Source of the DNA: a virus
Lineage: Duplodnaviria > Caudoviricetes
IMG/VR virus record: IMGVR_UViG_3300037991_006036
Span: 32,001 to 96,000 of that record
Reading direction: 5' to 3' (one strand)
DNA length: 64,000 bases
The notes under the pieces are model-generated. The model was not told the origin of the DNA. It saw nothing but the letters and a program-made list of their open reading frames with translations, and did no database searches. Position numbers and translations under genes: made by a program. Numbering within the stretch: the stretch's first letter is position 1; every line of letters begins with the position of its first letter. Of the stretch, positions 56,294 through 63,789 are shown piece after piece.

Positions 56294-56709
56294 AACTGTT
56301 TGCTTAACTTTTTTAGCTTACTTTCTAATTTACGTCTATATGTAACACGCTTTTCTTTTTTTATTTCTTTTTTTAATCTACTAATACTTACAAGAAGATC
56401 TTGACGATCTCGTTGTTTTTGTGCTTTAGTTCTTGTGTCTTTTTTTGTTTCTTTTCTAGGAGTTGCAGGTAATGTACCTTTTAGATCAGGCTGTTCTACA
56501 CCTTTATGATACACAGTACCATTCTCATGCACAAACACTTTCATAAACTTCCACCCTCTATGAAATCCAGAAGGTCGTTTAGGTTTAGGAAGATCGTTAG
56601 GGTCCCAAGATTCTCTTACGCAATCAGAACACATTTTTAATTTAGTGCCAGGAGCAACGTAATCTCTTCTAAAAACTTGTCCGCAACATTGGCATTCTAT
56701 TTCTTGCAT
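56290..56709 (-). CDS. Hypothetical zinc-ribbon, basic protein
   Basis: CQCC...CSDC; Lys/Arg-rich C-terminus. Confidence 0.7.
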   Translation of the reverse strand: MQEIECQCCGQVFRRDYVAPGTKLKMCSDCVRESWDPNDLPKPKRPSGFHRGWKFMKVFVHENGTVYHKGVEQPDLKGTLPATPRKETKKDTRTKAQKQRDRQDLLVSISRLKKEIKKEKRVTYRRKLESKLKKLSKQL

Positions 56710-56767
56710 AGCTTTGTACTTATGTGACTATTATAGTAGTAACTATACAACTTTTTTTCCAAAAATG

Positions 56768-57208
56768 CTAATTTTCGCTAATAGGTTCAAAAGGAAACAC
56801 TGTCCAGGTAAGGCAAAACCACAAAAACTGGCCATTTACTTTACGTTTTGTGATATAATAAGGAATCATTCCCTGCTCTTTGAAATCTAAAAGAACAGAT
56901 TTTTTTATAGATTTTTTGTTTGGACTTGCGTATATAAGGATATCAAACGCGTTTAAAACCATCACATCATGCTCTTCATCGAGTTGATCTAGGTTATCAA
57001 TTACGTGGCTAAACAACTCTAGTTCATCGCATAAATAATCGAAGTCAAGTTTTTTTTCATTGCGATCAAAATGCCACATCCACTCTCCTTTTATCTCGGA
57101 TATGGATGGTAGAGTGGGTGGATATATAATAGCAGCCGCTTTGTTTATTTGACGTTTTGCCTTTGACAAAAAACCACTACTCACTAACGCGTTATAATAA
57201 TTATCCAC
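56768..57208 (-). CDS. Hypothetical protein
   Basis: 146 aa ORF with GTG start, collinear with the operon. Confidence 0.6.
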   Translation of the reverse strand: MDNYYNALVSSGFLSKAKRQINKAAAIIYPPTLPSISEIKGEWMWHFDRNEKKLDFDYLCDELELFSHVIDNLDQLDEEHDVMVLNAFDILIYASPNKKSIKKSVLLDFKEQGMIPYYITKRKVNGQFLWFCLTWTVFPFEPISEN

Positions 57209-57211
57209 TCT

Positions 57212-57472
57212 TTATTTCTTTTTTGGAGAACGTCTAGTTTTCTTTCTTGTACCATTTTTCTTTTGAGGAGAATCTAAATTTGATACATGTTCGAGAAGGG
57301 AATTTCTAGTCTCTTCTAATTTCTTAATTTTCTTATAGGCTTCATCAGCCCATCCTTGAATAGCTTTAACCTTGAATTGTAAATCTTTTCTAGTATTATT
57401 ATTTCGAAATATTACAATTGCTAATGCAATATTGATAAAGGTGCTAATTATTAATGAAGTTGTAAGTAACAT
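57212..57472 (-). CDS. Small membrane-anchored coiled-coil protein
   Basis: N-terminal hydrophobic helix and basic tail. Confidence 0.65.
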   Translation of the reverse strand: MLLTTSLIISTFINIALAIVIFRNNNTRKDLQFKVKAIQGWADEAYKKIKKLEETRNSLLEHVSNLDSPQKKNGTRKKTRRSPKKK

Positions 57473-57510
57473 AGTATATTTAATGTTTTAAATGTTAATA
57501 TATAACTTTT

Positions 57511-57539
57511 AATATCCGGAAAATAATCCAGAAAGTCAA
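57511..57539 (-). promoter_or_regulatory. Sigma70-like promoter candidate for the operon leading to the HD hydrolase and late sigma
   Basis: TTGACT-N17-GATATT in an 85-bp intergenic region. Confidence 0.45.
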
Positions 57540-57557
57540 CAGTTTTGCAAACTTTTT

Positions 57558-58928
57558 TTAGCCTGAGAAGTCGTATTTGTTAGCATCTCCAACTCGTCCA
57601 TTAAAATAAACTCTTCCAGCCGCATATGCTGTAAATTCAAAGTAATCACCTTTATAAAAATTCCCTACAGAGTTGTTCACAATCTGAGGAACATTACTTG
57701 CTGTGTAAGCAACAAAATTTGAACCACCAAATGTAGTCTGGGTACTTACGTGTCCATACAGAGTAGTAGCATCGAATGTAAAGGTAACACCGGTTCCAAC
57801 AGACATGCCTGGGTTGAAAAGAAACTTATAAACATCACCAGGTAACGCACTATTAAAGTTTATAGTAACATCGTTATCAGTTGTACTAAAGTTGCAGAGA
57901 TGCAATGCTCCAGGCACTAATGAGCTACTCAATTCTCCTGCAGATGCATTTGTTAAACTAACATTAGCAGGACTGCTTAGTCCACCAATCCAATCTTGAC
58001 GATTACTACAACTAATATTTGCCATAGATGCAGTTCCATTAGCTGATGTTTGCACATTACCAAAAGTTGCAGTAACTGTACTAGGATTGTACTGACATCC
58101 TTGACCTGATTTTACATTAACACCATCATTGCCACTTGTTGCACTGCCAAAATGAAAGAAAAAATTAGTATTACTTGTTTCTGCAGTAATTGCTACGTTA
58201 GTTGCAGCTGTTGCAGTAGCTACTGCACCAACCACATTATCTCCACTTATGTGTGATGAAGTTATTGCATGGGATGCTGTTGTTGCTGTTGTTGCTGATG
58301 TTGCTGTTGTTGCATTTCCATATAATGGACCCACAAACCTAGAAGCACTAACAATTCCAGATGCTGTTATATCAGCAGTTGGTCCATCTAAATTTAGATT
58401 ACCTGATACATGTAATTTAGCTGTAGGCGAAGTTGTGCCAATACCAACTTTACTTGTTGATCCATCTGTAAAAAATAATTTAGAATCTGCTTCTCCTTCT
58501 ATTCTGACATCTAAATTTTGTGAAGCTTCGTTGATAGTTAGTTCACTCACTGAATCTTGAGTGAAATCCATAAAGTTAATATTACCAACTGTGACGTTTA
58601 TATCATCATCTGTAAAATTAATGAATGTATCAGTATCACCGCTATGTTTAATGTATTGCTTAACTAATACGTCTCCATCTACAGTAAGCGATCCAGTTAT
58701 ACTAGCGTTACCGTTGTGAGAACCATCCCACTCACCAGTTACTCCAGTTATATTTGTTCCGTCTCCTGAAAATTTTCCAACATAAGATCCAGTAAAGGAT
58801 CCGGAAAAAGATCCAGATGCAACAACTTCAGTTGCTTCTGAACCGTCTAAAGCATCGATAATTCTTGTGATGTGTTCCGCATCAATAGTATTGGTATTCG
58901 AAATACCAGTTCTTGAGATTGTTGCCAT
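57558..58928 (-). CDS. Tail fibre-like protein
   Basis: SGSFSGSFTGS repeats, KVGIGTTSPTAKLHVSG fibre motif, GNATTATSATTATTAS; late motif upstream. Confidence 0.75.
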   Translation of the reverse strand: MATISRTGISNTNTIDAEHITRIIDALDGSEATEVVASGSFSGSFTGSYVGKFSGDGTNITGVTGEWDGSHNGNASITGSLTVDGDVLVKQYIKHSGDTDTFINFTDDDINVTVGNINFMDFTQDSVSELTINEASQNLDVRIEGEADSKLFFTDGSTSKVGIGTTSPTAKLHVSGNLNLDGPTADITASGIVSASRFVGPLYGNATTATSATTATTASHAITSSHISGDNVVGAVATATAATNVAITAETSNTNFFFHFGSATSGNDGVNVKSGQGCQYNPSTVTATFGNVQTSANGTASMANISCSNRQDWIGGLSSPANVSLTNASAGELSSSLVPGALHLCNFSTTDNDVTINFNSALPGDVYKFLFNPGMSVGTGVTFTFDATTLYGHVSTQTTFGGSNFVAYTASNVPQIVNNSVGNFYKGDYFEFTAYAAGRVYFNGRVGDANKYDFSG

Positions 58929-58944
58929 TTACGTACGTGTTTAT

Positions 58945-58952
58945 TATAAATA
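58945..58952 (-). promoter_or_regulatory. Late promoter-like motif TATTTATA
   Basis: 16 nt before the tail fibre ATG. Confidence 0.7.
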
Positions 58953-58965
58953 GCTAGGAATAAGA

Positions 58966-59472
58966 TTAAACTTGAAAAATTGAGTCACTTAATCTTCCTA
59001 AACCGTCTGGATGATCCATTCCATAGCCAAATACCCACTCATCTTGTATTGTATATCCAGAAAAATCTAACTCCATTGGACAATTGTGTCTTTTTAGTAG
59101 AGTTGCTTTGTAAACGCGTTTAGCTCCTTTGTCGTAAGCAAGTTTTTCTAAGTATGCCATAGTGCTTCCAGAGTCGCATATGTCATCGATCAACCAAACA
59201 TCTTTATCCATCAAATTGACGTTCCAGGCTTTATACAAATCAAAAGCTCCTTGTTGCTTTCCTTCATAAGATCGTATACCTACACAATCCACATAAGCAT
59301 CAAATAACAAAAATTTAGCTACATCTTGAAAGAATGTGATACCTCCTTGTAGGATTGGTGTTAGTACTGGGTAAAGTGCTTTTGGTTCGTTTGGATAGAG
59401 TTTATTCATCTTATCCGCTAACTCTAAAACTTTATCCTCTATTGCGTGAGGACTGAATAGTATTTTTTCCAT
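58966..59472 (-). CDS. hpt: Hypoxanthine/guanine phosphoribosyltransferase
   Basis: ILQGG..FF.D, SYEG, PRPP motif VWLIDDICDSGST, ATLL, WVFGYGMD. Probable ATG is 59472 (ORF track start 59487). Confidence 0.92.
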   Translation of the reverse strand: MEKILFSPHAIEDKVLELADKMNKLYPNEPKALYPVLTPILQGGITFFQDVAKFLLFDAYVDCVGIRSYEGKQQGAFDLYKAWNVNLMDKDVWLIDDICDSGSTMAYLEKLAYDKGAKRVYKATLLKRHNCPMELDFSGYTIQDEWVFGYGMDHPDGLGRLSDSIFQV

Positions 59473-59478
59473 AGACCT

Positions 59479-59507
59479 AATATACAAAATTCAAATCAAA
59501 CTATCAA
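59479..59507 (-). promoter_or_regulatory. Sigma70-like promoter candidate for hpt
   Basis: TTGATA-N17-TATATT, ending 6 nt before ATG 59472. Confidence 0.5.
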
Positions 59508-59674
59508 CTTTTAACTTGGATGATTATTTTATCATTGACTCTTTTAACAATAAAATTGGAAGGTACAATGTTTGTGAGATATTCTTCGTAGTATGCATTA
59601 CGATCAAACTTAGGCTTTTTAGGAACCTCAGCCTTAACATATCCGGGTGGCATTATGTCTTTTAGTTTGATCAT
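59504..59674 (-). CDS. Small protein (56 aa) below the ORF-track cutoff
   Basis: MIKLKDIMPPGYVKAEVPKKPKFDRNAYYEEYLTNIVPSNFIVKRVNDKIIIQVKS*. ATGA overlap with the upstream stop; fills the gap. Confidence 0.75.
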   Translation of the reverse strand: MIKLKDIMPPGYVKAEVPKKPKFDRNAYYEEYLTNIVPSNFIVKRVNDKIIIQVKS

Positions 59675-60795
59675 GTTAAATTATAGTATGTCATTATATC
59701 ATTATTAATAGCTGATATGTTAGCTTCCTCTGACGATTTAAAAACAATAGCTTCCATAAACTCAGGACCTGAAGCTTTGTTGCTTTGATCATACACAAAT
59801 TGTCTAGTTTGTGTTTTTGTAAAATCGGTACGTGAAGCTTGCAACACATTGTTTACATAATATGCAGTAGTTCCTGGATCGTTTTGTAATAATGTTGTGA
59901 AGGTGTATGGTGTATTAGTAGCAAATGTGTTTGTGCTTGTTAATATATTAGTAGGTCCCGTTCTATTAATTAATACAAATTGATCAGTAGTTTCATCATA
60001 CTCAATAATAGCGTTATTTGCAAATTGTTTTGGTGACATTGAAACTCCTTCTACAGTAAAACTACCTCCAGGATCTTTTACATTAGTTGTTGTAAATATA
60101 GTTAATGGTTGAGATGCATCAAGATAATCAGAAGCATCTAGTGTAGCTGTTTTGTCTTGTCTCCACGTATTTACTGCTGCTACAAATTCTTTTCCACCTA
60201 TTGTTATAGTTTCTAATACTCCATTAGTTACTAACTCATCCATTTGCCCACCAACATTAGCATTTAAGTGTGTCAATGTTTGATCTACTGTTTGGTTATA
60301 AAATTTTTCAATTTCTACAATATCTGCAGAAGGCATTGAATCAGGATTACTATATCCTGGTGCTGCACAAAATTCACCCAACGTTGTAGCTAAAACACCC
60401 GATGTAACTGCTGTTATTGGACTATCTAGTGATGTATAGTTGTTGCTATCAAAGTGTAAATCTGCCTGATCATCGGCAGTTCCTGTCGATCCAGCAGTAC
60501 CTCGTCTTCTTATTCTCATTGAGAATCCAGTATAATCTGTTCTGAGTTTTCTAAATGAAGTGGCTAAAAAGGCTGTTGATCTGTTATCTAATAGAAGACC
60601 TCCCGTATCAACACTGCCGTAGGTTCTAGCAAACTGTTGTCTCAGATGCTCTTGATAACGCAAAAACGCTTCTTTTTTTCTTCTTTGATTGCGAGCATTA
60701 TTAGCTTTAGAGGCTTCTTGTTCACGAAGCTCATCCTTAAGCGCTTGCTCTCTAGCCCAATCACTATTTCGTAAGTATTTGTTAAAATCTCCCAT
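59671..60795 (-). CDS. Common-leader protein A with ConA-like (AbfB-like) domain
   Basis: Leader NQRRKKEAFLRYQEHLRQQFA; SFRKLRTDYTGFSMRIRR; ends INNDIMTYYNL. Confidence 0.7.
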   Translation of the reverse strand: MGDFNKYLRNSDWAREQALKDELREQEASKANNARNQRRKKEAFLRYQEHLRQQFARTYGSVDTGGLLLDNRSTAFLATSFRKLRTDYTGFSMRIRRRGTAGSTGTADDQADLHFDSNNYTSLDSPITAVTSGVLATTLGEFCAAPGYSNPDSMPSADIVEIEKFYNQTVDQTLTHLNANVGGQMDELVTNGVLETITIGGKEFVAAVNTWRQDKTATLDASDYLDASQPLTIFTTTNVKDPGGSFTVEGVSMSPKQFANNAIIEYDETTDQFVLINRTGPTNILTSTNTFATNTPYTFTTLLQNDPGTTAYYVNNVLQASRTDFTKTQTRQFVYDQSNKASGPEFMEAIVFKSSEEANISAINNDIMTYYNLT

Positions 60796-60796
60796 A

Positions 60797-61630
60797 TTAT
60801 AATTCTGGAATATCTCCTTGTATATCTCCAGCTGTCATATTTTTTAACTCACCATTAAACCCACCGCTTCCATGATCAATTAAATCTGGGAACGTGTCAC
60901 CATCTCCCATTCGATACCATGAGTTTGGAGATAATGACGATAATCCTCCAGGCACTCCTCCATTATACATAGTTGCAAAGTTGGCTGATTGATCTGAAGT
61001 CCAAAAGGCAGCTTCATCAATTTTTCCTAAAAATCTACCATAAGCACTAATACTCAATCTTAACCCATTGTAAGAAGTATACAGAATTGTCGCACCTATA
61101 GATACATCACTACCTTGTACACCATTAACCATTCTCTTTAACGTACTTCCATCGTATGCAATGGCAACATGTGTCCACTCATCTTGTCCATTACCTGCAC
61201 CAAGACCTTGTGTTGTTCCATTTATTCTTGCAACAAATTGATTATAGTTCCAATAAATTTCTATTCCTTGATTACCTACACTGTGTGAGCCATTTAAGAA
61301 AATATTTCTTCTATTAGAAGCTTCTGGCTTAGCCCACACGCTCATTGTTAGAGTTTGCACTTTTCTTGATGCATCAGAACCTAAAATAGCAAAATCATTA
61401 CTTCCATCGAACGCTGTACTGAATTGGTTTACAAAAGACTCTTCACCATAAGCGCTACCATAAGTTTTTGCGAATTGCTGATTTAAGTGTTGTTGATATC
61501 GTAAGAATGCTTCCTTCTTTCTTCGCTGATTTTGTCTTTTCTTAGCGTTAAAAGCCTCCTCCTCTTGCAACTTTTGTTTTGCTGCTAGCTCCCTAATATA
61601 ATCTGCATTTCTAAGAAAGTCTCTTGACAT
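60797..61630 (-). CDS. Common-leader protein B with LamG domain
   Basis: Leader; FDGSNDF, TMSVWAKP, WTHVAIAYDG, FLGKIDEAAFW, WYRMGDG. Confidence 0.75.
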   Translation of the reverse strand: MSRDFLRNADYIRELAAKQKLQEEEAFNAKKRQNQRRKKEAFLRYQQHLNQQFAKTYGSAYGEESFVNQFSTAFDGSNDFAILGSDASRKVQTLTMSVWAKPEASNRRNIFLNGSHSVGNQGIEIYWNYNQFVARINGTTQGLGAGNGQDEWTHVAIAYDGSTLKRMVNGVQGSDVSIGATILYTSYNGLRLSISAYGRFLGKIDEAAFWTSDQSANFATMYNGGVPGGLSSLSPNSWYRMGDGDTFPDLIDHGSGGFNGELKNMTAGDIQGDIPEL

Positions 61631-61636
61631 AATTAA

Positions 61637-61885
61637 TTATTCTATTGTCCAATCATTTCCAGCTAATCGTGTTAAACATTCCGCATGAGTACCTCTCCAA
61701 GTTAAAGACACACTACCATCAGTAATAAATGTAGGTTCGTTTGCTGTAAACCATTTTAATGTAAATTGTGATTCGTCGACTGATAATCTGACTGTATCAG
61801 CTGATGTTTCCATCACTTGTGAAAAGTCTACCTTATCTATGTCTGTTGCGTTTGCGAATGCGTATGTTCTATCTGAATAATCCAT
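61637..61885 (-). CDS. Small partner protein of the LamG gene
   Basis: 82 aa, KVDFSQVMETSADTVRLSVD...LKW; tightly spaced between neighbours. Confidence 0.7.
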   Translation of the reverse strand: MDYSDRTYAFANATDIDKVDFSQVMETSADTVRLSVDESQFTLKWFTANEPTFITDGSVSLTWRGTHAECLTRLAGNDWTIE

Positions 61886-61887
61886 TA

Positions 61888-62895
61888 CTAATAAGTTTTG
61901 TAATAATTGTTAATATTAGTCTCTATAGCTGCTCTGTCAGTAGTCTTGTCTGCTAAATACATTATTAATTCAACTGGGTTTGCTGCATTATTAGATAATG
62001 CTTTATCGGGATAAAAAGTACTCCCCATTCGTGGAATAGTAGTCTCACTTCCTGATGCTATTTTATTTCCTTCAAAATATAAAGCTGTTTCTCCTGGTGC
62101 TTCATTAACAATAGCTGTTATTGTGTTTAGTGCATCTTGAGTGTGAGTTGCTGATCCTGATATATGACCTATGGTGCCATAAGGAGCATTCGACCCTGTT
62201 TCAAGAGTTATGACATCACTTACTGTTTCTATTATTTCTTTACCTGCAGTGTGTTCAGCTAAATTTAGATAAAATTGTGATGCTGCATGAGCGTAGTTGG
62301 TTACAAACACTGTATGAGATGTTCCTGGATCTATGTCTTGGAGTCTTGCAGTAGCAGCATATTGTTTGTAAGTTTCGTTTAGATATAAGATACTGCCCGA
62401 AACATACACATTACCACTTGTATCTGATACGAATAGAGAATTAGATCCAGCATTAATAGAATTTCTCACAGTTCCTTGCGATTGATCATACCAAGTATGC
62501 AATCTTCCCTGATTTCCATCTAAAAATGTACTTAAACTTTGTGTATCTAAATAATTGTCAATAAACCCAATATCCAATTCAGCATCATCAGAAGCACGTC
62601 TTACCCTAATAGCTGAGCCAGTGTAATCAGTACGTAGCTTTCTTAAAGACCATGCTAAATAAACGTCATCTCCATAATCATCTAACAGAAGTGATGTTGA
62701 TCCGCCAGGATTAGATCCTGCAGCCATTGCTCTTGCTGCTAACTCCTGTCGAAGATGTTCTTGATATCGTAAAAACGCTTCTTTTTTTCTTCGCTGATTT
62801 TGTTTCTTTTTAGCCTCAAACGCTTCTTCCTCTTGCAGTTTTTGTTTTGCTGCCCAATCTCGAATATGATCTGCATTTCTGAGAAAGTCTTTCAT
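61888..62895 (-). CDS. Common-leader protein C with ConA-like (AbfB-like) domain
   Basis: Leader; AWSLRKLRTDYTGSAIRVRRASDDAELDIGF, TWYDQS, IETNINNYY. Confidence 0.75.
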   Translation of the reverse strand: MKDFLRNADHIRDWAAKQKLQEEEAFEAKKKQNQRRKKEAFLRYQEHLRQELAARAMAAGSNPGGSTSLLLDDYGDDVYLAWSLRKLRTDYTGSAIRVRRASDDAELDIGFIDNYLDTQSLSTFLDGNQGRLHTWYDQSQGTVRNSINAGSNSLFVSDTSGNVYVSGSILYLNETYKQYAATARLQDIDPGTSHTVFVTNYAHAASQFYLNLAEHTAGKEIIETVSDVITLETGSNAPYGTIGHISGSATHTQDALNTITAIVNEAPGETALYFEGNKIASGSETTIPRMGSTFYPDKALSNNAANPVELIMYLADKTTDRAAIETNINNYYKTY

Positions 62896-63764
62896 TTGTC
62901 TGATGTGGTTTCTACTACAACTTGTATTTTTGGTTCATAGCCTTGAGGCAGTTTATTTACCAATCCTTTGAAAGTAGAGTTACCAGCATCGTGTCTGAAT
63001 TCAAACTTCAGATTATTAAGATCCATCATTACTTGTGATGATGTTGTAAAGCCATAACTGTTATCTCTTCTATATGGATTCATAAATTTATCACTATCAT
63101 GTTGCTTTGATAGTGCATCTAATATGTGTTCTTGTGACGATATATCCGACAATACATCGTATGCAATTTGTTGGCGTGACTTGGATGATTGTCTTTTTAT
63201 CCCTCCAGTATATCCAGTATCTGGATAAGCTACACCATGATTTGTTCTTGTGATTGTTTGATCTGGTTGAACACGTTTAATAGTTGGTAAATGCTTTGTT
63301 GTCATTTCAATAATAAAACTATGCTGTGCATTAGATACAATAGTCATTCCTTTAACTCCAACATCATCTTCATCCTCTCCTTTAAAGTTGATTATTGAGC
63401 GAATTGCTTTTGACAGCTTACCCTGCTCAAGAGCCTTTCTAATCTTTAACCCATCATATGATGGTTTTCCATTTTTACCCTTCTTAGCTTTATCCTTAGC
63501 AAGGTCACCTTCCTTTTCATCAAAACCAACCATCAAAGAAGCATTAACTATTCCAATCCCATTCTCATTCATCCCTTCACTCCAATCAGTTAACACATCT
63601 CTCATATATACAACCTCAACACCATCTACTAACTCATGCACTACTTCCAAATCAGGAGCATACATACGATCACGATTCTTTGCAAGAATAGTATTACCAT
63701 CAACACGACAACGTGCAATAACACACTCACTTAAATCGTGAAGAAGATGGCGAAGTTTAATCAT
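62892..63764 (-). CDS. Cys-nucleophile Ntn hydrolase (NRDE/TANGO2- or C45-like) with a 13-aa leader
   Basis: LSE|CVIA...TILAKNRDR, WSEGMNENGIGIVN, RTNHG, SKSR, TTSSQ. Confidence 0.75.
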   Translation of the reverse strand: MIKLRHLLHDLSECVIARCRVDGNTILAKNRDRMYAPDLEVVHELVDGVEVVYMRDVLTDWSEGMNENGIGIVNASLMVGFDEKEGDLAKDKAKKGKNGKPSYDGLKIRKALEQGKLSKAIRSIINFKGEDEDDVGVKGMTIVSNAQHSFIIEMTTKHLPTIKRVQPDQTITRTNHGVAYPDTGYTGGIKRQSSKSRQQIAYDVLSDISSQEHILDALSKQHDSDKFMNPYRRDNSYGFTTSSQVMMDLNNLKFEFRHDAGNSTFKGLVNKLPQGYEPKIQVVVETTSDK

Positions 63765-63776
63765 GATCAGCTTTCT

Positions 63777-63784
63777 AATAAATA
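63777..63784 (-). promoter_or_regulatory. Late promoter-like motif TATTTATT (Ntn hydrolase operon)
   Basis: 12 nt before ATG 63764. Confidence 0.65.
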
Positions 63785-63789
63785 GTCAA

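Larger units (their letters stand above)
60613..62895 (-). repeat. Three dispersed ~160-180 bp direct repeats encoding the shared leader (about 60613-60795, 61454-61630, 62740-62895)
   Basis: NQRRKKEAFLRYQ is identical in all three. DNA similarity is visible, e.g. atctgcatttct..gaaagtct at about 61601 and 62869. Confidence 0.85.

Noticed and set aside
56730-56770. Sigma70 promoter upstream of 56709 (TATAAT at 56730-56735)
   Set aside because: No acceptable -35 at 16-18 bp spacing, and such hexamers are common by chance in AT-rich DNA. Mentioned only as weak support.
8133-58952. Perfect T4 late boxes TATAAATA on the + strand as promoters of + strand genes or antisense RNAs
   Set aside because: No credible + strand gene follows any of them, while every copy sits a few nt upstream of a minus-strand start. 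The reverse reading is preferred, though it needs TSS data.
59671-62895. Diversity-generating retroelement or invertible shufflon behind the repeated lectin genes
   Set aside because: The repeats are N-terminal, direct and differ largely at synonymous sites. No adenine-specific pattern was evident, and no reverse transcriptase or recombinase is in the window.
296-63741. Dozens of + strand ORFs and short alternative-frame minus ORFs in the track (e.g. 3310-3687, 30737-31300, 47244-47693, 52860-53258)
   Set aside because: They lie antisense to, or nested within, well-supported genes. Their Ser/Phe/Leu-rich composition mirrors the real codons and they have no recognisable motifs.
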